The translations under genes were made by a program, and so were the position numbers. Below are positions 1 to 8,738 of a stretch of 64,000 bases of DNA, one piece after another. Numbering within the stretch: the first letter of the stretch is position 1; every line of letters begins with the position of its first letter. A model generated the notes under the pieces. The model did not search any database and was not told the DNA's origin. It saw nothing but the letters and a program-made list of their open reading frames with translations. The stretch comes from a phage, in NCBI GenBank assembly GCA_017822615.1, contig GCA_017822615.1_4530.1, one strand, 5' to 3'.

Positions 1-177
1 GCAACACTTAATGGGAATGTTACTGTGGAGACTAAAACCATCTTCAAAGCACCAGAAGATTGCTATAACTCCTTGGTAACTTGGCCTCGTGATGATGATG
101 ATAAGGCAGAGTATCAGTGTTTTTACATTGAGGGTAATCCTGTAGAATTTGAGGTTAAAGTGAAGGAGGAAAAATGA
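1..177 (+). CDS. 3' end of an upstream gene (partial), hypothetical protein
   Basis: Open frame from window edge to TGA at 175-177; stop overlaps next start (ATGA). Confidence 0.4.
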   Translation, partial: ATLNGNVTVETKTIFKAPEDCYNSLVTWPRDDDDKAEYQCFYIEGNPVEFEVKVKEEK

Positions 178-644
178 GAATTAAAGTAACTAAAGCTTAC
201 GATGATAACCCGAAGTTTATCTCTTTGAATAAGAGTTATGGTGTCGAAAACGGCGATGAGTTCGAGGTTATCGATCTTTTTGAGGACCACGGTTATATTG
301 TCAAAGCCCCAATCACAGAGCAGGCTATTATCATCTTACGCACAGAGGCTGTTGAGGTAGGTTCTGATGAGCCTCAATATGACAGCCCATACATGACAGA
401 GTGGATCGTAGCTGTGGATGTTGGAGGTATGGTTTCTGTACTGAAGGCTCCTAATCTCCATCCTAGTTTTACAGAGAACGGTAAGACAGCTTTGGATTAT
501 GGGTTGCCAGAAGATGTTGAGAATACACCGCCAGGTATGTACCGTTGGATTTGCTCTTTCCATGAAGAGAAGGATTGGGAATCAGGGCTTGTTGATGATT
601 GGCATTTTGAAGTGGAAAGTTCTTTTTTAATCATGCCAGCTTAA
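174..644 (+). CDS. hypothetical protein
   Basis: ORF track; RBS aaggagg upstream of ATG 174. Confidence 0.6.
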   Translation: MRIKVTKAYDDNPKFISLNKSYGVENGDEFEVIDLFEDHGYIVKAPITEQAIIILRTEAVEVGSDEPQYDSPYMTEWIVAVDVGGMVSVLKAPNLHPSFTENGKTALDYGLPEDVENTPPGMYRWICSFHEEKDWESGLVDDWHFEVESSFLIMPA

Positions 645-654
645 AGGAGGTTAT

Positions 655-999
655 ATGAAAGTTTGGATAGATGATATGCGGAACCCAGCCGACTATGGAC
701 AGGAGGATGCAATTTGGTTTAAAACGTCACAAGAAGCTATGGCCTTTCTCAACGATCCTGCTAAACTGTATCGAAGAGTAACCGAGTGGTCTTTTGACAA
801 TGATTTAGGTATGGAGTCAGACCAAGATGGGTATGATGTTTTCCTGTACCTGGAAGAACTTCTGGCGTTTGGTAAACCTTGCTTTGGTTCACCCACCATT
901 TTCGTGCATACTTCTAATCCCGCCGCTGGGGATAAATTCATGCTTGCAAAAGAATCCATGCTGCGTTATGGTATTAAAATGATTCGTGTGCACTACTAA
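655..999 (+). CDS. hypothetical protein, possible cyclic-phosphate-processing receiver-like domain
   Basis: N-terminal MKVWIDDMRNP pattern recalled from receiver-like domains found beside RNA-repair genes; RBS aaaggagg; sits next to the RNA-repair cassette. Confidence 0.45.
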   Translation: MKVWIDDMRNPADYGQEDAIWFKTSQEAMAFLNDPAKLYRRVTEWSFDNDLGMESDQDGYDVFLYLEELLAFGKPCFGSPTIFVHTSNPAAGDKFMLAKESMLRYGIKMIRVHY

Positions 1000-1008
1000 G
1001 GAGAGAAC

Positions 1009-1152
1009 ATGCATCATTCGGTTTGGTCGGAACAAGAAGAGGACGAAGGTTACTTTATCTACCGAGAAGAAGAGGATTGGCCCGACACAAGTAATGATCT
1101 TTTACTTCCAGACGCTAGTTTTTTCGAGGATAACTTAAGAGAGGAGGATTAG
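1009..1152 (+). CDS. small acidic protein (47 aa)
   Basis: ATG with RBS aaggagag; not in track (<60 aa); fills intergenic gap. Confidence 0.35.
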   Translation: MHHSVWSEQEEDEGYFIYREEEDWPDTSNDLLLPDASFFEDNLREED

Positions 1153-1158
1153 GAAACA

Positions 1159-1515
1159 ATGAGTGGTATTGAAAACAATATTTGTTACCAACCTCTTACC
1201 TGGATGGGTGAGGGTCATTATGCGCAACGTGTTATCGTCTGTGCTGCAAATAAGTATATTTTGAATAATGGTGAAGAGTTAATTATTCCTTGTGTTCGAC
1301 ATGCAAATCCTGTACTATATGCACAGTTAAACGTGTTGAAAGAAGCAGGTGTAATCAACAAAACTTTGTGCACACCAGATAATCAAGGCTTTATCGATCA
1401 GTATTACAATTGGTGGAGTCGTGCGGATGCTTACATCATCGCGGAAAATGCTGACCAGATCGACCATGAGCGTAATGGTCACGACCATGAATTATTTAGC
1501 GAGGGATTATACTAA
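1159..1515 (+). CDS. hypothetical protein
   Basis: ORF track; RBS agaggagg. Confidence 0.6.
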   Translation: MSGIENNICYQPLTWMGEGHYAQRVIVCAANKYILNNGEELIIPCVRHANPVLYAQLNVLKEAGVINKTLCTPDNQGFIDQYYNWWSRADAYIIAENADQIDHERNGHDHELFSEGLY

Positions 1516-2066
1516 TGTTTATTACAAGTGATTTGCATTTTATGCACAAACGTATACGAGAGTTTGCTCCTGAATATCGACCGTGGGAAGATATGGACCA
1601 CATGACAGAAGCACTGATCGAAGCATGGAATAAATGTGCTACTACTCCTGGTGTTAAGATGTGGCATTTGGGCGACTTCTGTTTCGGAACTGAAGAAGAT
1701 ACCCGTAAAATTGCTTCTCGTCTCCAAGGAGATATCACCTACTGTGTTGGGAACCATGACTACAGCAAACACCGAGAAGTGCTTGCAGAGTATGGTGAAG
1801 TGGTGTATTATGACGAAGTGAAATATCAGAAGCTGTTCTTCGTCTTAAGTCATTACCCTATGGCCTCCTGGAATAAACAAGGTCGTGGATCAATCATGCT
1901 ACACGGGCATTCCCACGGATCTTTCCCTGATGAAGCTTATGGTAAAATGTTAGATGTGGGTTGGGATGCACATGGAAAAATCTTGCATTTTGATGAGATA
2001 ATTTCTATGATGAGTAAACGAGATATCGTGACTGTAGACCATCACAAAATAATCAAAGGAGAGTAA
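1515..2066 (+). CDS. calcineurin-like metallophosphoesterase (candidate RNA 3'-phosphatase / 2',3'-cyclic phosphodiesterase)
   Basis: Motifs SDLHF, GDFCFG, GNHDY, HGHSH typical of metallophosphoesterases; adjacent to RNA ligase and kinase. Confidence 0.7.
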   Translation: MFITSDLHFMHKRIREFAPEYRPWEDMDHMTEALIEAWNKCATTPGVKMWHLGDFCFGTEEDTRKIASRLQGDITYCVGNHDYSKHREVLAEYGEVVYYDEVKYQKLFFVLSHYPMASWNKQGRGSIMLHGHSHGSFPDEAYGKMLDVGWDAHGKILHFDEIISMMSKRDIVTVDHHKIIKGE

Positions 2067-2067
2067 T

Positions 2068-3000
2068 GTGGCTAAATTTAACTGCGACGATTTGGTTGAA
2101 AAAGGTTTAGTTCATAAGAAAACATATAAAGAAGGAGAGTATTCTGGTCTATCTGTTCTTAAGTATAAGAACAAAGTTTTCTGGGATAACTTATGGGGCA
2201 TTGATTCTCGTCTTCTGGAATGTCGCGGAATCGTTGTTGACGCTGATGACAATGTTGTTATTTGGCCTTTCACTAAGATTTTTAATCATTTTGAGAATGG
2301 CACAGATCTACCAGCGGATGAACTTGTAGATGTGGTTCGTAAAGTAAATGGTTTTATGGCCTCTGTGGGTGTATATAAAGGTCAACTTATTGTATCGACA
2401 ACAGGAAGCCTTGAATCAGATTTTGCAAGTATTGCAAAGAATCATATTGTTTCAGAGTGTGATGACATAGAACATTTCATCAAATGGACAGAGAGTGCAA
2501 AAGCAACTTTCCTTTTTGAAATCTGTGATCCTTCTGATCCGCATATTGTCGAAGAAGAACCAGGTGCATACTTAATTGGTGCCAGAATTCAAAACCCTGA
2601 TGGGACAAGTTTTATGTTACCTGAAGGTGCTCTTGATGGAATTGCTTCTGTCACCAAATTTAAGCGTCCTGAAGTTTATCCAATGGTTAAGTTTTCAGAT
2701 GTTGTTGAAATGTCTAAACATTGTAAACACGAAGGGTTTGTAGTTCGTGAAACAAACTATCCGTTCAACTTACTTTTAAAAATTAAATCACCACACTATC
2801 TTACTAAGAAGTTTCTTATGCGCGGTGGAGATAAAAAGTGGGATCTGATTTGGGATAATCCGAAAAATGCCAAACAAATTGTTGACGAAGAATATTACGC
2901 TTTGTTAGAATGGATTCGAAATAATTTTACGAAGACTCAATGGGCTGCTTTAAATCAGCAAGAGCGACGTGAAAAAATCGAAAACTTCTTTGGAGGATAA
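2068..3000 (+). CDS. rnlA: RNA ligase 1 (T4 RnlA-like)
   Basis: LLECRGIVVDADDN matches T4 RnlA ALECRGIMFEMDGE; nucleotidyltransferase motifs IV EGFVVR and V LLLKIKSP; motif I appears as KVNG. Confidence 0.65.
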   Translation: MAKFNCDDLVEKGLVHKKTYKEGEYSGLSVLKYKNKVFWDNLWGIDSRLLECRGIVVDADDNVVIWPFTKIFNHFENGTDLPADELVDVVRKVNGFMASVGVYKGQLIVSTTGSLESDFASIAKNHIVSECDDIEHFIKWTESAKATFLFEICDPSDPHIVEEEPGAYLIGARIQNPDGTSFMLPEGALDGIASVTKFKRPEVYPMVKFSDVVEMSKHCKHEGFVVRETNYPFNLLLKIKSPHYLTKKFLMRGGDKKWDLIWDNPKNAKQIVDEEYYALLEWIRNNFTKTQWAALNQQERREKIENFFGG

Positions 3001-3405
3001 ATGAAACAACTTATCATTTTACGTGGCGTTTCAGGTGCTGGTAAATCTACGGTAGCAGAAATTATTTCTGAAGGTTATTGGCCTATCTGTGAGGCAGATC
3101 AATATCATTACACAGAGAGTGGTGTTTACGATTGGAAGCCAGAAAATGTAGGTAAAGCACACGCATGGTGTCAGGGTATTGTTCGTGATGCTATGGCATC
3201 TAATCTTAACAAGATTATTGTTTCTAATACTTCAACCACAGAGAAAGAACTTAAACCTTATCTAGCTCTTGCTGAAGAGTTTGGTTATCAAGTTATCTCT
3301 TTAATTGTTGAAAATAGGCACGGTAATGATTCAATTCACGAGGTTCCACAATATATCCGTGATCAGCAAGAGAAACGTCTTCGTGGTTCACTTAAACTTC
3401 AATAA
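3001..3405 (+). CDS. P-loop polynucleotide/nucleotide kinase (Pnk kinase-domain-like)
   Basis: Walker A GVSGAGKST; 134 aa kinase-only protein following the RNA ligase. Confidence 0.6.
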   Translation: MKQLIILRGVSGAGKSTVAEIISEGYWPICEADQYHYTESGVYDWKPENVGKAHAWCQGIVRDAMASNLNKIIVSNTSTTEKELKPYLALAEEFGYQVISLIVENRHGNDSIHEVPQYIRDQQEKRLRGSLKLQ

Positions 3406-3414
3406 GGAGAAATA

Positions 3415-3741
3415 ATGCAGATTTATACAGATGATCGTAAATATGAGACAATTTTAGATGAAGATACTGGACGAATTACCGTTCTCCGTCACGGTGAAGA
3501 GTGGCGTGATGAAACGGGAGACAATTATATCTTGTCTCTGATTCATCTTATTGAACAAATGCGTGATGATTACGCTGAACTGCATTATGAAAATGAGGCT
3601 AATAAAGTAAAATTTGAAAATGAATTAGAAGAGAAAGAATCCGAAATGGTATATCTAAAAGAAGAGATCTCCCGTTTGGAGGAAGAGATTGATGCTCTTC
3701 AAGAAGAGATTTACGAACTCAACAACGAACTGAACGCTTAA
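3415..3741 (+). CDS. hypothetical acidic coiled-coil protein
   Basis: ORF track; RBS aaggag; heptad-like EEISRLEEEIDALQEEIYEL. Confidence 0.6.
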   Translation: MQIYTDDRKYETILDEDTGRITVLRHGEEWRDETGDNYILSLIHLIEQMRDDYAELHYENEANKVKFENELEEKESEMVYLKEEISRLEEEIDALQEEIYELNNELNA

Positions 3742-3750
3742 GGAGGGATT

Positions 3751-3939
3751 ATGAAAAAAGATATCGTTGTTGGTTGGCTGACTTGCCCTTGTGGTAGTAA
3801 TGACATAACTGTAAACACAGAGGGTGATAAAAATTATTTATTCTACGGGGATAAAATCACTTGCAATACCTGCGGACGTGTTGGTATTATAGAAACCGAT
3901 GATTGTTGTGCTTTTGAATCTTGGGATGAAGAAGAATGA
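3751..3939 (+). CDS. small zinc-ribbon protein
   Basis: CPCG...CNTCG cysteine pairs; RBS aaggaggg. Confidence 0.55.
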   Translation: MKKDIVVGWLTCPCGSNDITVNTEGDKNYLFYGDKITCNTCGRVGIIETDDCCAFESWDEEE

Positions 3940-4157
3940 GTACTGCATTTTATGTTCGTAGCGGAGACGAGGATTTTCTAGCTACTTTTGATGACGGTGA
4001 TCTTGAAGATATGTATGAAGATATGCTTGACTATGCCAAAGGGCAAGGTTTCACAAGCATTGATTATATGTTGGCAACATCTACAACGTTACTCGACGCA
4101 GATTTGGATGAAGTGTGTAACAGATTGAAAATTTCAGTTTTTAAATGGGAGGACTAA
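3936..4157 (+). CDS. hypothetical protein
   Basis: ORF track; overlapping start/stop with neighbours. Confidence 0.5.
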   Translation: MSTAFYVRSGDEDFLATFDDGDLEDMYEDMLDYAKGQGFTSIDYMLATSTTLLDADLDEVCNRLKISVFKWED

Positions 4158-5272
4158 TGCAACAAACAAATCAAACGCTGTATGGTAAAGATTCAAAAGG
4201 AAAACTTAAACAGTGGACAGTATATACAGATGGTGCAGTTGTTACTGTAGCTCATGGAAGAGTAGGTGGAAAGATCACAGAAAAATCTTATACAGCAGAA
4301 GCAAAAAACATTGGTCGTTCCAATGAAACAACACCGGAAGAACAAGCTGAACTTGAAGCTTTTGCCAAATGGACAAAACAGTTAAAGAATGGCTATTATA
4401 AAACAAAAGAAGAAGCTGAAAACCATGTTCCTTCCACACCAATGAAATGCCAGGATTATAAAGATTATCCTGAAAGGGTTGTGTTCCCTGGTTATGCACA
4501 ATACAAACTGAACGGGTTACGTTCTATGATTAACATGAAAGGGGAGTGTTTATCAAAAGCTGGGGAAGTGTATAACCTGCCACCTCATTGGAAAGGTATT
4601 CCAAACTTTATTAGTGAAGTTGTTGGTCATCCTCTTGATGGTGAAGTGTTTGCTGGGTTAGGTGTCCTTAGTCTGCAACAAATTAACAGTGCTTGGAAGA
4701 AGCATAATGCAAATACACCTTTGCTGAATTATTACGTATACGATATTCCAGTTCCAGGTCTACCGTTTGAAAAACGTGTTGATGCTCTTGCTGCTCTTAA
4801 GGCAGTAGTTGAAGATTATGGTCTTGACGAGCTTATTTGTGTAGTTCATACAGAGTATATTGAAAACCAAGAGCGGTTTGACGCTTTCTATGAAAAAGCT
4901 TTACTTGAGAAAGCTGAAGGTGTAGTATATCGTAATGCTCACGGAGTTTACGAATTTGATAAACGTTCTTATGACGTTATTAAACGTAAGCCTCGCCACA
5001 CCCTTGAAGTTAAAGTAACAAATTCAAAAAGCGATAAAAATGGCGATGGAGTGTTGACAGGTGAGATGGAAAATGGTAAAGTAGTCGAATTCTTAATGCG
5101 TAAAGATGCTCATGAGACTATCAATTATCGTAAAGCAGAGAATGCTTCTACCTTGATTAATCAGTTCGTTGAAATAGAGTATGAAGAATTTTCAGATGAA
5201 GGTATTCCAACAAAACCTGTTGGTGTTCGTATTCGAGAAATGATCCCAGGCACTTGGGAACCAGCAGAGTAA
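4145..5272 (+). CDS. ATP-dependent DNA ligase (T4 gp30-like)
   Basis: PGYAQYKLNGLR resembles T4 PAFAQLKADGAR (motif I); motif III LDGEVF, IV EGVVYR, V DVIKRK. Alternative start ATG 4157. Confidence 0.75.
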   Translation: MGGLMQQTNQTLYGKDSKGKLKQWTVYTDGAVVTVAHGRVGGKITEKSYTAEAKNIGRSNETTPEEQAELEAFAKWTKQLKNGYYKTKEEAENHVPSTPMKCQDYKDYPERVVFPGYAQYKLNGLRSMINMKGECLSKAGEVYNLPPHWKGIPNFISEVVGHPLDGEVFAGLGVLSLQQINSAWKKHNANTPLLNYYVYDIPVPGLPFEKRVDALAALKAVVEDYGLDELICVVHTEYIENQERFDAFYEKALLEKAEGVVYRNAHGVYEFDKRSYDVIKRKPRHTLEVKVTNSKSDKNGDGVLTGEMENGKVVEFLMRKDAHETINYRKAENASTLINQFVEIEYEEFSDEGIPTKPVGVRIREMIPGTWEPAE

Positions 5273-5281
5273 GGAGGAAAA

Positions 5282-5476
5282 ATGTTCTTAGCCATTTTAA
5301 TCGTTTTCAGTGTACTTTCTTTTTATTGTATGAATGCTTCGGAAAACTTTCCTAAGAATTCAAAGAAAAGAACCGTATGTGTTGTGATTGATTCATGTAT
5401 GTCTGGAGTTGGGTATGCGGTAGTTTCTTGTTTCTTAGCTTATCATTGTTCAAAATACCTGGAGGCATTTTTATGA
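5282..5476 (+). CDS. small hydrophobic protein
   Basis: RBS aaggagga; hydrophobic N-terminus. Confidence 0.45.
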   Translation: MFLAILIVFSVLSFYCMNASENFPKNSKKRTVCVVIDSCMSGVGYAVVSCFLAYHCSKYLEAFL

Positions 5477-5655
5477 TAATTTTAGCAACAATTCTTATGA
5501 TGCTGATAGCAATTGCTATTGTAATTCTGGCATCTTTTCCAGCGGATAAATGGTATTTCAATATTCCACGTATGCTTGTTTTCGGTTTCGCAGGAATTTA
5601 CATGGGTGAGACTGTAGTAAATATTAGCAACTTTCTAGAAAGCTATTTTAAATAA
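5473..5655 (+). CDS. small membrane protein (60 aa)
   Basis: ATG 5473 after ctggagg; two hydrophobic helices; track ORF 5395..5655 read as over-extended. Confidence 0.5.
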   Translation: MIILATILMMLIAIAIVILASFPADKWYFNIPRMLVFGFAGIYMGETVVNISNFLESYFK

Positions 5656-5664
5656 GGAGTTATA

Positions 5665-6390
5665 ATGATCGAGAATTTTTTTAAAGATATTAAGTTCGAT
5701 ACTGAATTTTTCAAAAATGCAGCGAAGCACGTGATTGATTGGAATGCTAAAGCACGAGGTGGTGAACAACCTGAATTCACTCAAGAGCTATTTATGTCCC
5801 AAATCGGATTCGTTCGTGAAGAGCTTAAAGAGTATGAAACAGCCGCGAAAGTAAACGATCATGTAGAACTCTTGGATGCAGCAGCGGATATTTTTGTAGT
5901 ATCCAGTTATCTGACCTACATGTTCTTTGGTGAAGAACATACGATGAATTTCTTGGACTATGCTGTAGGCGATGTTTTTACTCCAACTGTGTATACTGAT
6001 TTTGATGCTTTGGAACAAACATTTACAGAGCCAGTTCAAATGGCACTAATGGCTGCTGGTATTATGCGTATGTCTCGTGACACTCTAATCCGTTCAAAAT
6101 ATCCAGAAAAGAAAGTTATTAAAGAGGTATTGAAAAGTAATGATTCCAAGTATCCAACTAAACAACAGTTGCTGAAAACTTGGAAAACTTCGGATATCGA
6201 TTCAGCCATTGCACAAGAATGCGCTGCAATTGAAGAACGAAATGCCAATCGTCCAGAAGGGGCATACACTGGTGTTCATGCTGTTTATAATGAAAAACAG
6301 AAAGTGTATGTGTTCTTTGATGATAAAGGTAAGATCATGAAACCATCGACCTTTGTCAAACCTAATATTGCAGGTATTATTAATAAGTAA
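5665..6390 (+). CDS. hypothetical protein, possible MazG-like nucleotide pyrophosphohydrolase
   Basis: EELKEYETAA...ELLDAAADIF resembles all-alpha NTP-PPase motif; RBS aaggag. Confidence 0.45.
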   Translation: MIENFFKDIKFDTEFFKNAAKHVIDWNAKARGGEQPEFTQELFMSQIGFVREELKEYETAAKVNDHVELLDAAADIFVVSSYLTYMFFGEEHTMNFLDYAVGDVFTPTVYTDFDALEQTFTEPVQMALMAAGIMRMSRDTLIRSKYPEKKVIKEVLKSNDSKYPTKQQLLKTWKTSDIDSAIAQECAAIEERNANRPEGAYTGVHAVYNEKQKVYVFFDDKGKIMKPSTFVKPNIAGIINK

Positions 6391-6446
6391 TGTTGTAAGC
6401 CGCCCTTTATGGGCGGTAATGTGAGATGTATTAAATAGGAGGAAAC

Positions 6447-7325
6447 ATGTTTGTAAAATCTTTTAAATCCGCTCTGCCTATGGTTGTTGGTGACAATGCT
6501 TCTGTAGCATCCCTTAACAGCATTACAGATATTCCTCTGGAATTTGTAACAGCAGAAGGCTCCCAGTCACACACTATCGGTCTTGTTCGTTTCGAAGATG
6601 ACTCTAAATTTGTAAAAGAGTTTTCAGATCTTGAACTGCTTAATGTAGGTCAATCTGTGAAGAAGGTAGATAAAAAGAAAGTTAAACGTATTCTGAATGA
6701 ACGTCTAGAAGAAATGCGTCAGGACATGGAGAGCGAAGGTAAAGAGTTTTATGTCGATAAAGAAGTAGTCAAAGCAATGAAAGAAGATATTGAATTTGCA
6801 CTATTGCCTGAAACAGAACCTGAAGATTTCTTTAACTATGTTGTCTTGGATAAAACTACGAATCTTCTTTATGTTCTTAATGGAAGTAAAAAGGTTGCAG
6901 AAGAGATTACTTCTTTCCTCCGTTCCGTCCTGGGGACTTTCCCTTCGGTAGGTTTTAGTGTGCACGAAGAAGCTATTGTAAAAGGTTTTGGTGAATTGCT
7001 GGAGAATCACGAAGCAGATCGTATTACTCTCGGAAATTATATCAAAATGGAGGATAGCGAGGGCGTTGTTGTTTGGAGTAAAGAATCTCTATACGAGTCT
7101 AAAGCTGTCGAACTAAAAGAAGATGGTAAAGATGTTGTTGCAATCGGTCTTGAATATGACGGTGTTGTAGATTTTGTAGTGGATAAAGAGTTTAAACTTT
7201 CTAAACTACGTTTTCCGAAATATTTTGCAGACGAAGAAGGTAGTATTGAAGCTTCAGTCCTTCTGTGCTTCAATGAGATTCGAGGTCTGATGGAAGATTT
7301 AACCAAAGCAACAATCCTTAAATAA
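6447..7325 (+). CDS. recombination-associated protein RdgC-like
   Basis: LLYVLNGSKKVAEEITSFLRSVLGTFPSVGFS resembles E. coli RdgC [32 protein letters not shown]; about 290 aa. Confidence 0.65.
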   Translation: MFVKSFKSALPMVVGDNASVASLNSITDIPLEFVTAEGSQSHTIGLVRFEDDSKFVKEFSDLELLNVGQSVKKVDKKKVKRILNERLEEMRQDMESEGKEFYVDKEVVKAMKEDIEFALLPETEPEDFFNYVVLDKTTNLLYVLNGSKKVAEEITSFLRSVLGTFPSVGFSVHEEAIVKGFGELLENHEADRITLGNYIKMEDSEGVVVWSKESLYESKAVELKEDGKDVVAIGLEYDGVVDFVVDKEFKLSKLRFPKYFADEEGSIEASVLLCFNEIRGLMEDLTKATILK

Positions 7326-7329
7326 GTTC

Positions 7330-7382
7330 TTGACTTGCGGGATTAGTTATGATATTATGCCTACCTACTTAATGAGGTAGGC
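7330..7382 (+). promoter_or_regulatory. sigma70-type promoter with 5'-UTR hairpin
   Basis: TTGACT 7330-7335, 17-nt spacer, TATTAT 7353-7358; hairpin gcctacc...ggtaggc 7359-7382, then RBS aggagg. Confidence 0.6.
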
Positions 7383-7397
7383 TTTTTAGGAGGCGTT

Positions 7398-7607
7398 ATG
7401 AAAAAGATTCTGACAGTCGTTCTTTTAGCTTTTAGTTTCACAGTAGCAGCAGGTCAAATTACTTTAATCTTGTCTGATTCTGAAGTTAATGGCAACACAA
7501 AATATTGCTACTATTCTAACGCTAACCAAGATGAAGTTATAGCAATCCCGAAAAGTCGTCAATGTCCGTATACTAAAACATTCTCAACAGAGGATGACGA
7601 TGAATAA
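7398..7607 (+). CDS. small secreted protein (signal peptide)
   Basis: MKKILTVVLLAFSFTVAAGQ signal-peptide-like N-terminus; RBS aggagg. Confidence 0.6.
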   Translation: MKKILTVVLLAFSFTVAAGQITLILSDSEVNGNTKYCYYSNANQDEVIAIPKSRQCPYTKTFSTEDDDE

Positions 7608-7619
7608 TTAGGGGGAAAT

Positions 7620-8738
7620 ATTAGCGGTTATATTTTAATTAAACCTGAAGATCTTCATTTATATGTCAACGAAGAAACAATAGCTGCAATTGATTATGAT
7701 CAGATCGCTTTCCAAGCAGCGTCTGCATTAGAGAAAAGAACAATCATTGCGAAGCACATCCCTTCAGGTGCTCAAAAGGAATTTAAAAATAAGACAGAGT
7801 TTTGGGGTAAAAGCAAGACTAAAATTGGAGGTTGGCTAGGAGATACAAATGCAGAAAGAGCCTCCAAAAACAAACGTCCCTTCACAAAGGAAGAGTTCGA
7901 AATCATTGATAAGCAATATCCGCCAGAAGATATCGGACACACCTTCCAAGCAGCTAAAACAAAAGTCTTAGGTATTCTAAAACATCTACGTTTAGAAAAA
8001 TATTGCGGAGTTATTGGCGTAGGAAAAACTTTCAGACACGCCTTCAAAATGCCTGTAGAATATAAATCTGAACGATTAGATATCAAACCACTCCAGCTTT
8101 CAGAAACCAAAGATTATCTTGTGGAGTTCCACAATGGTGATGTTGTTACTGTAATAGAAGCTGATGATGAGTTAGAGAAGTATGGTTTCCAAGGTTATAA
8201 AGATTATAAAAGGACGGGTAAATTTTCTTATATCGTTGTATCTATAGATAAAGATAGTTTACATACTCCTAGTATCCTTTTTAATTTCTACAAAGAGGAT
8301 GGAGTATTTAAAAATCCAGATATAATTCTTATTGACGAGTCTATTGGCGACATATGGATCGTAGATAAAGGTAAAAAGAAAGAAGTTAAAGGTTGGGGCA
8401 GTTACTGGTTAGCATATCAGATGCTAATGGGAGATAAAACAGATAGTATCCGACCTTATCAAGATTTTGATATTAAGTTCGGAGATATTACTTGTTTTAA
8501 TCTTCTTTCAGCTTGTAAAACTCAAGCAGAACTTTTCCAAACAGTTAAAGATACTTACTACTCATGGTTCCCAGATGGTGTTAATTTTACTTCTTGGGAT
8601 GGAGAAGAAGTCCATATGACAACAGATGAATGGATAGAAACAATTTTCCAGTTGGTATACATGAAACGCTGGGATAATGACGATACAACATTTGAGAGTA
8701 TGCTTCAGTCATACATCTCGCAACAGGAGGCAGAGTGA
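7620..8738 (+). CDS. rnh: RNase H / 5'-3' flap endonuclease (T4 rnh-like); start codon non-canonical or missing
   Basis: IAAIDYDQIAF resembles T4 ICLIDFSQIA; IEADDE and MGDKTDSI resemble FEN motifs. Frame is open from 7608 but holds no ATG/GTG/TTG before 8049. Confidence 0.65.
   Translation: MSGYILIKPEDLHLYVNEETIAAIDYDQIAFQAASALEKRTIIAKHIPSGAQKEFKNKTEFWGKSKTKIGGWLGDTNAERASKNKRPFTKEEFEIIDKQYPPEDIGHTFQAAKTKVLGILKHLRLEKYCGVIGVGKTFRHAFKMPVEYKSERLDIKPLQLSETKDYLVEFHNGDVVTVIEADDELEKYGFQGYKDYKRTGKFSYIVVSIDKDSLHTPSILFNFYKEDGVFKNPDIILIDESIGDIWIVDKGKKKEVKGWGSYWLAYQMLMGDKTDSIRPYQDFDIKFGDITCFNLLSACKTQAELFQTVKDTYYSWFPDGVNFTSWDGEEVHMTTDEWIETIFQLVYMKRWDNDDTTFESMLQSYISQQEAE

Noticed and set aside
336-4499. 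Antisense ORFs in the plus-strand block (336..563, 693..959, 1496..1738, 1512..1772, 4275..4499 and similar minus-strand track ORFs up to 34379)
   Set aside because: They lie entirely within well-supported sense-strand genes with RBSs and recognisable domains, lack their own RBS, and look like shadow ORFs.
7772-8110. Minus-strand ORF 7772..8110
   Set aside because: Antisense to the region that encodes the conserved N-terminus of the T4-like RNase H; regarded as spurious.
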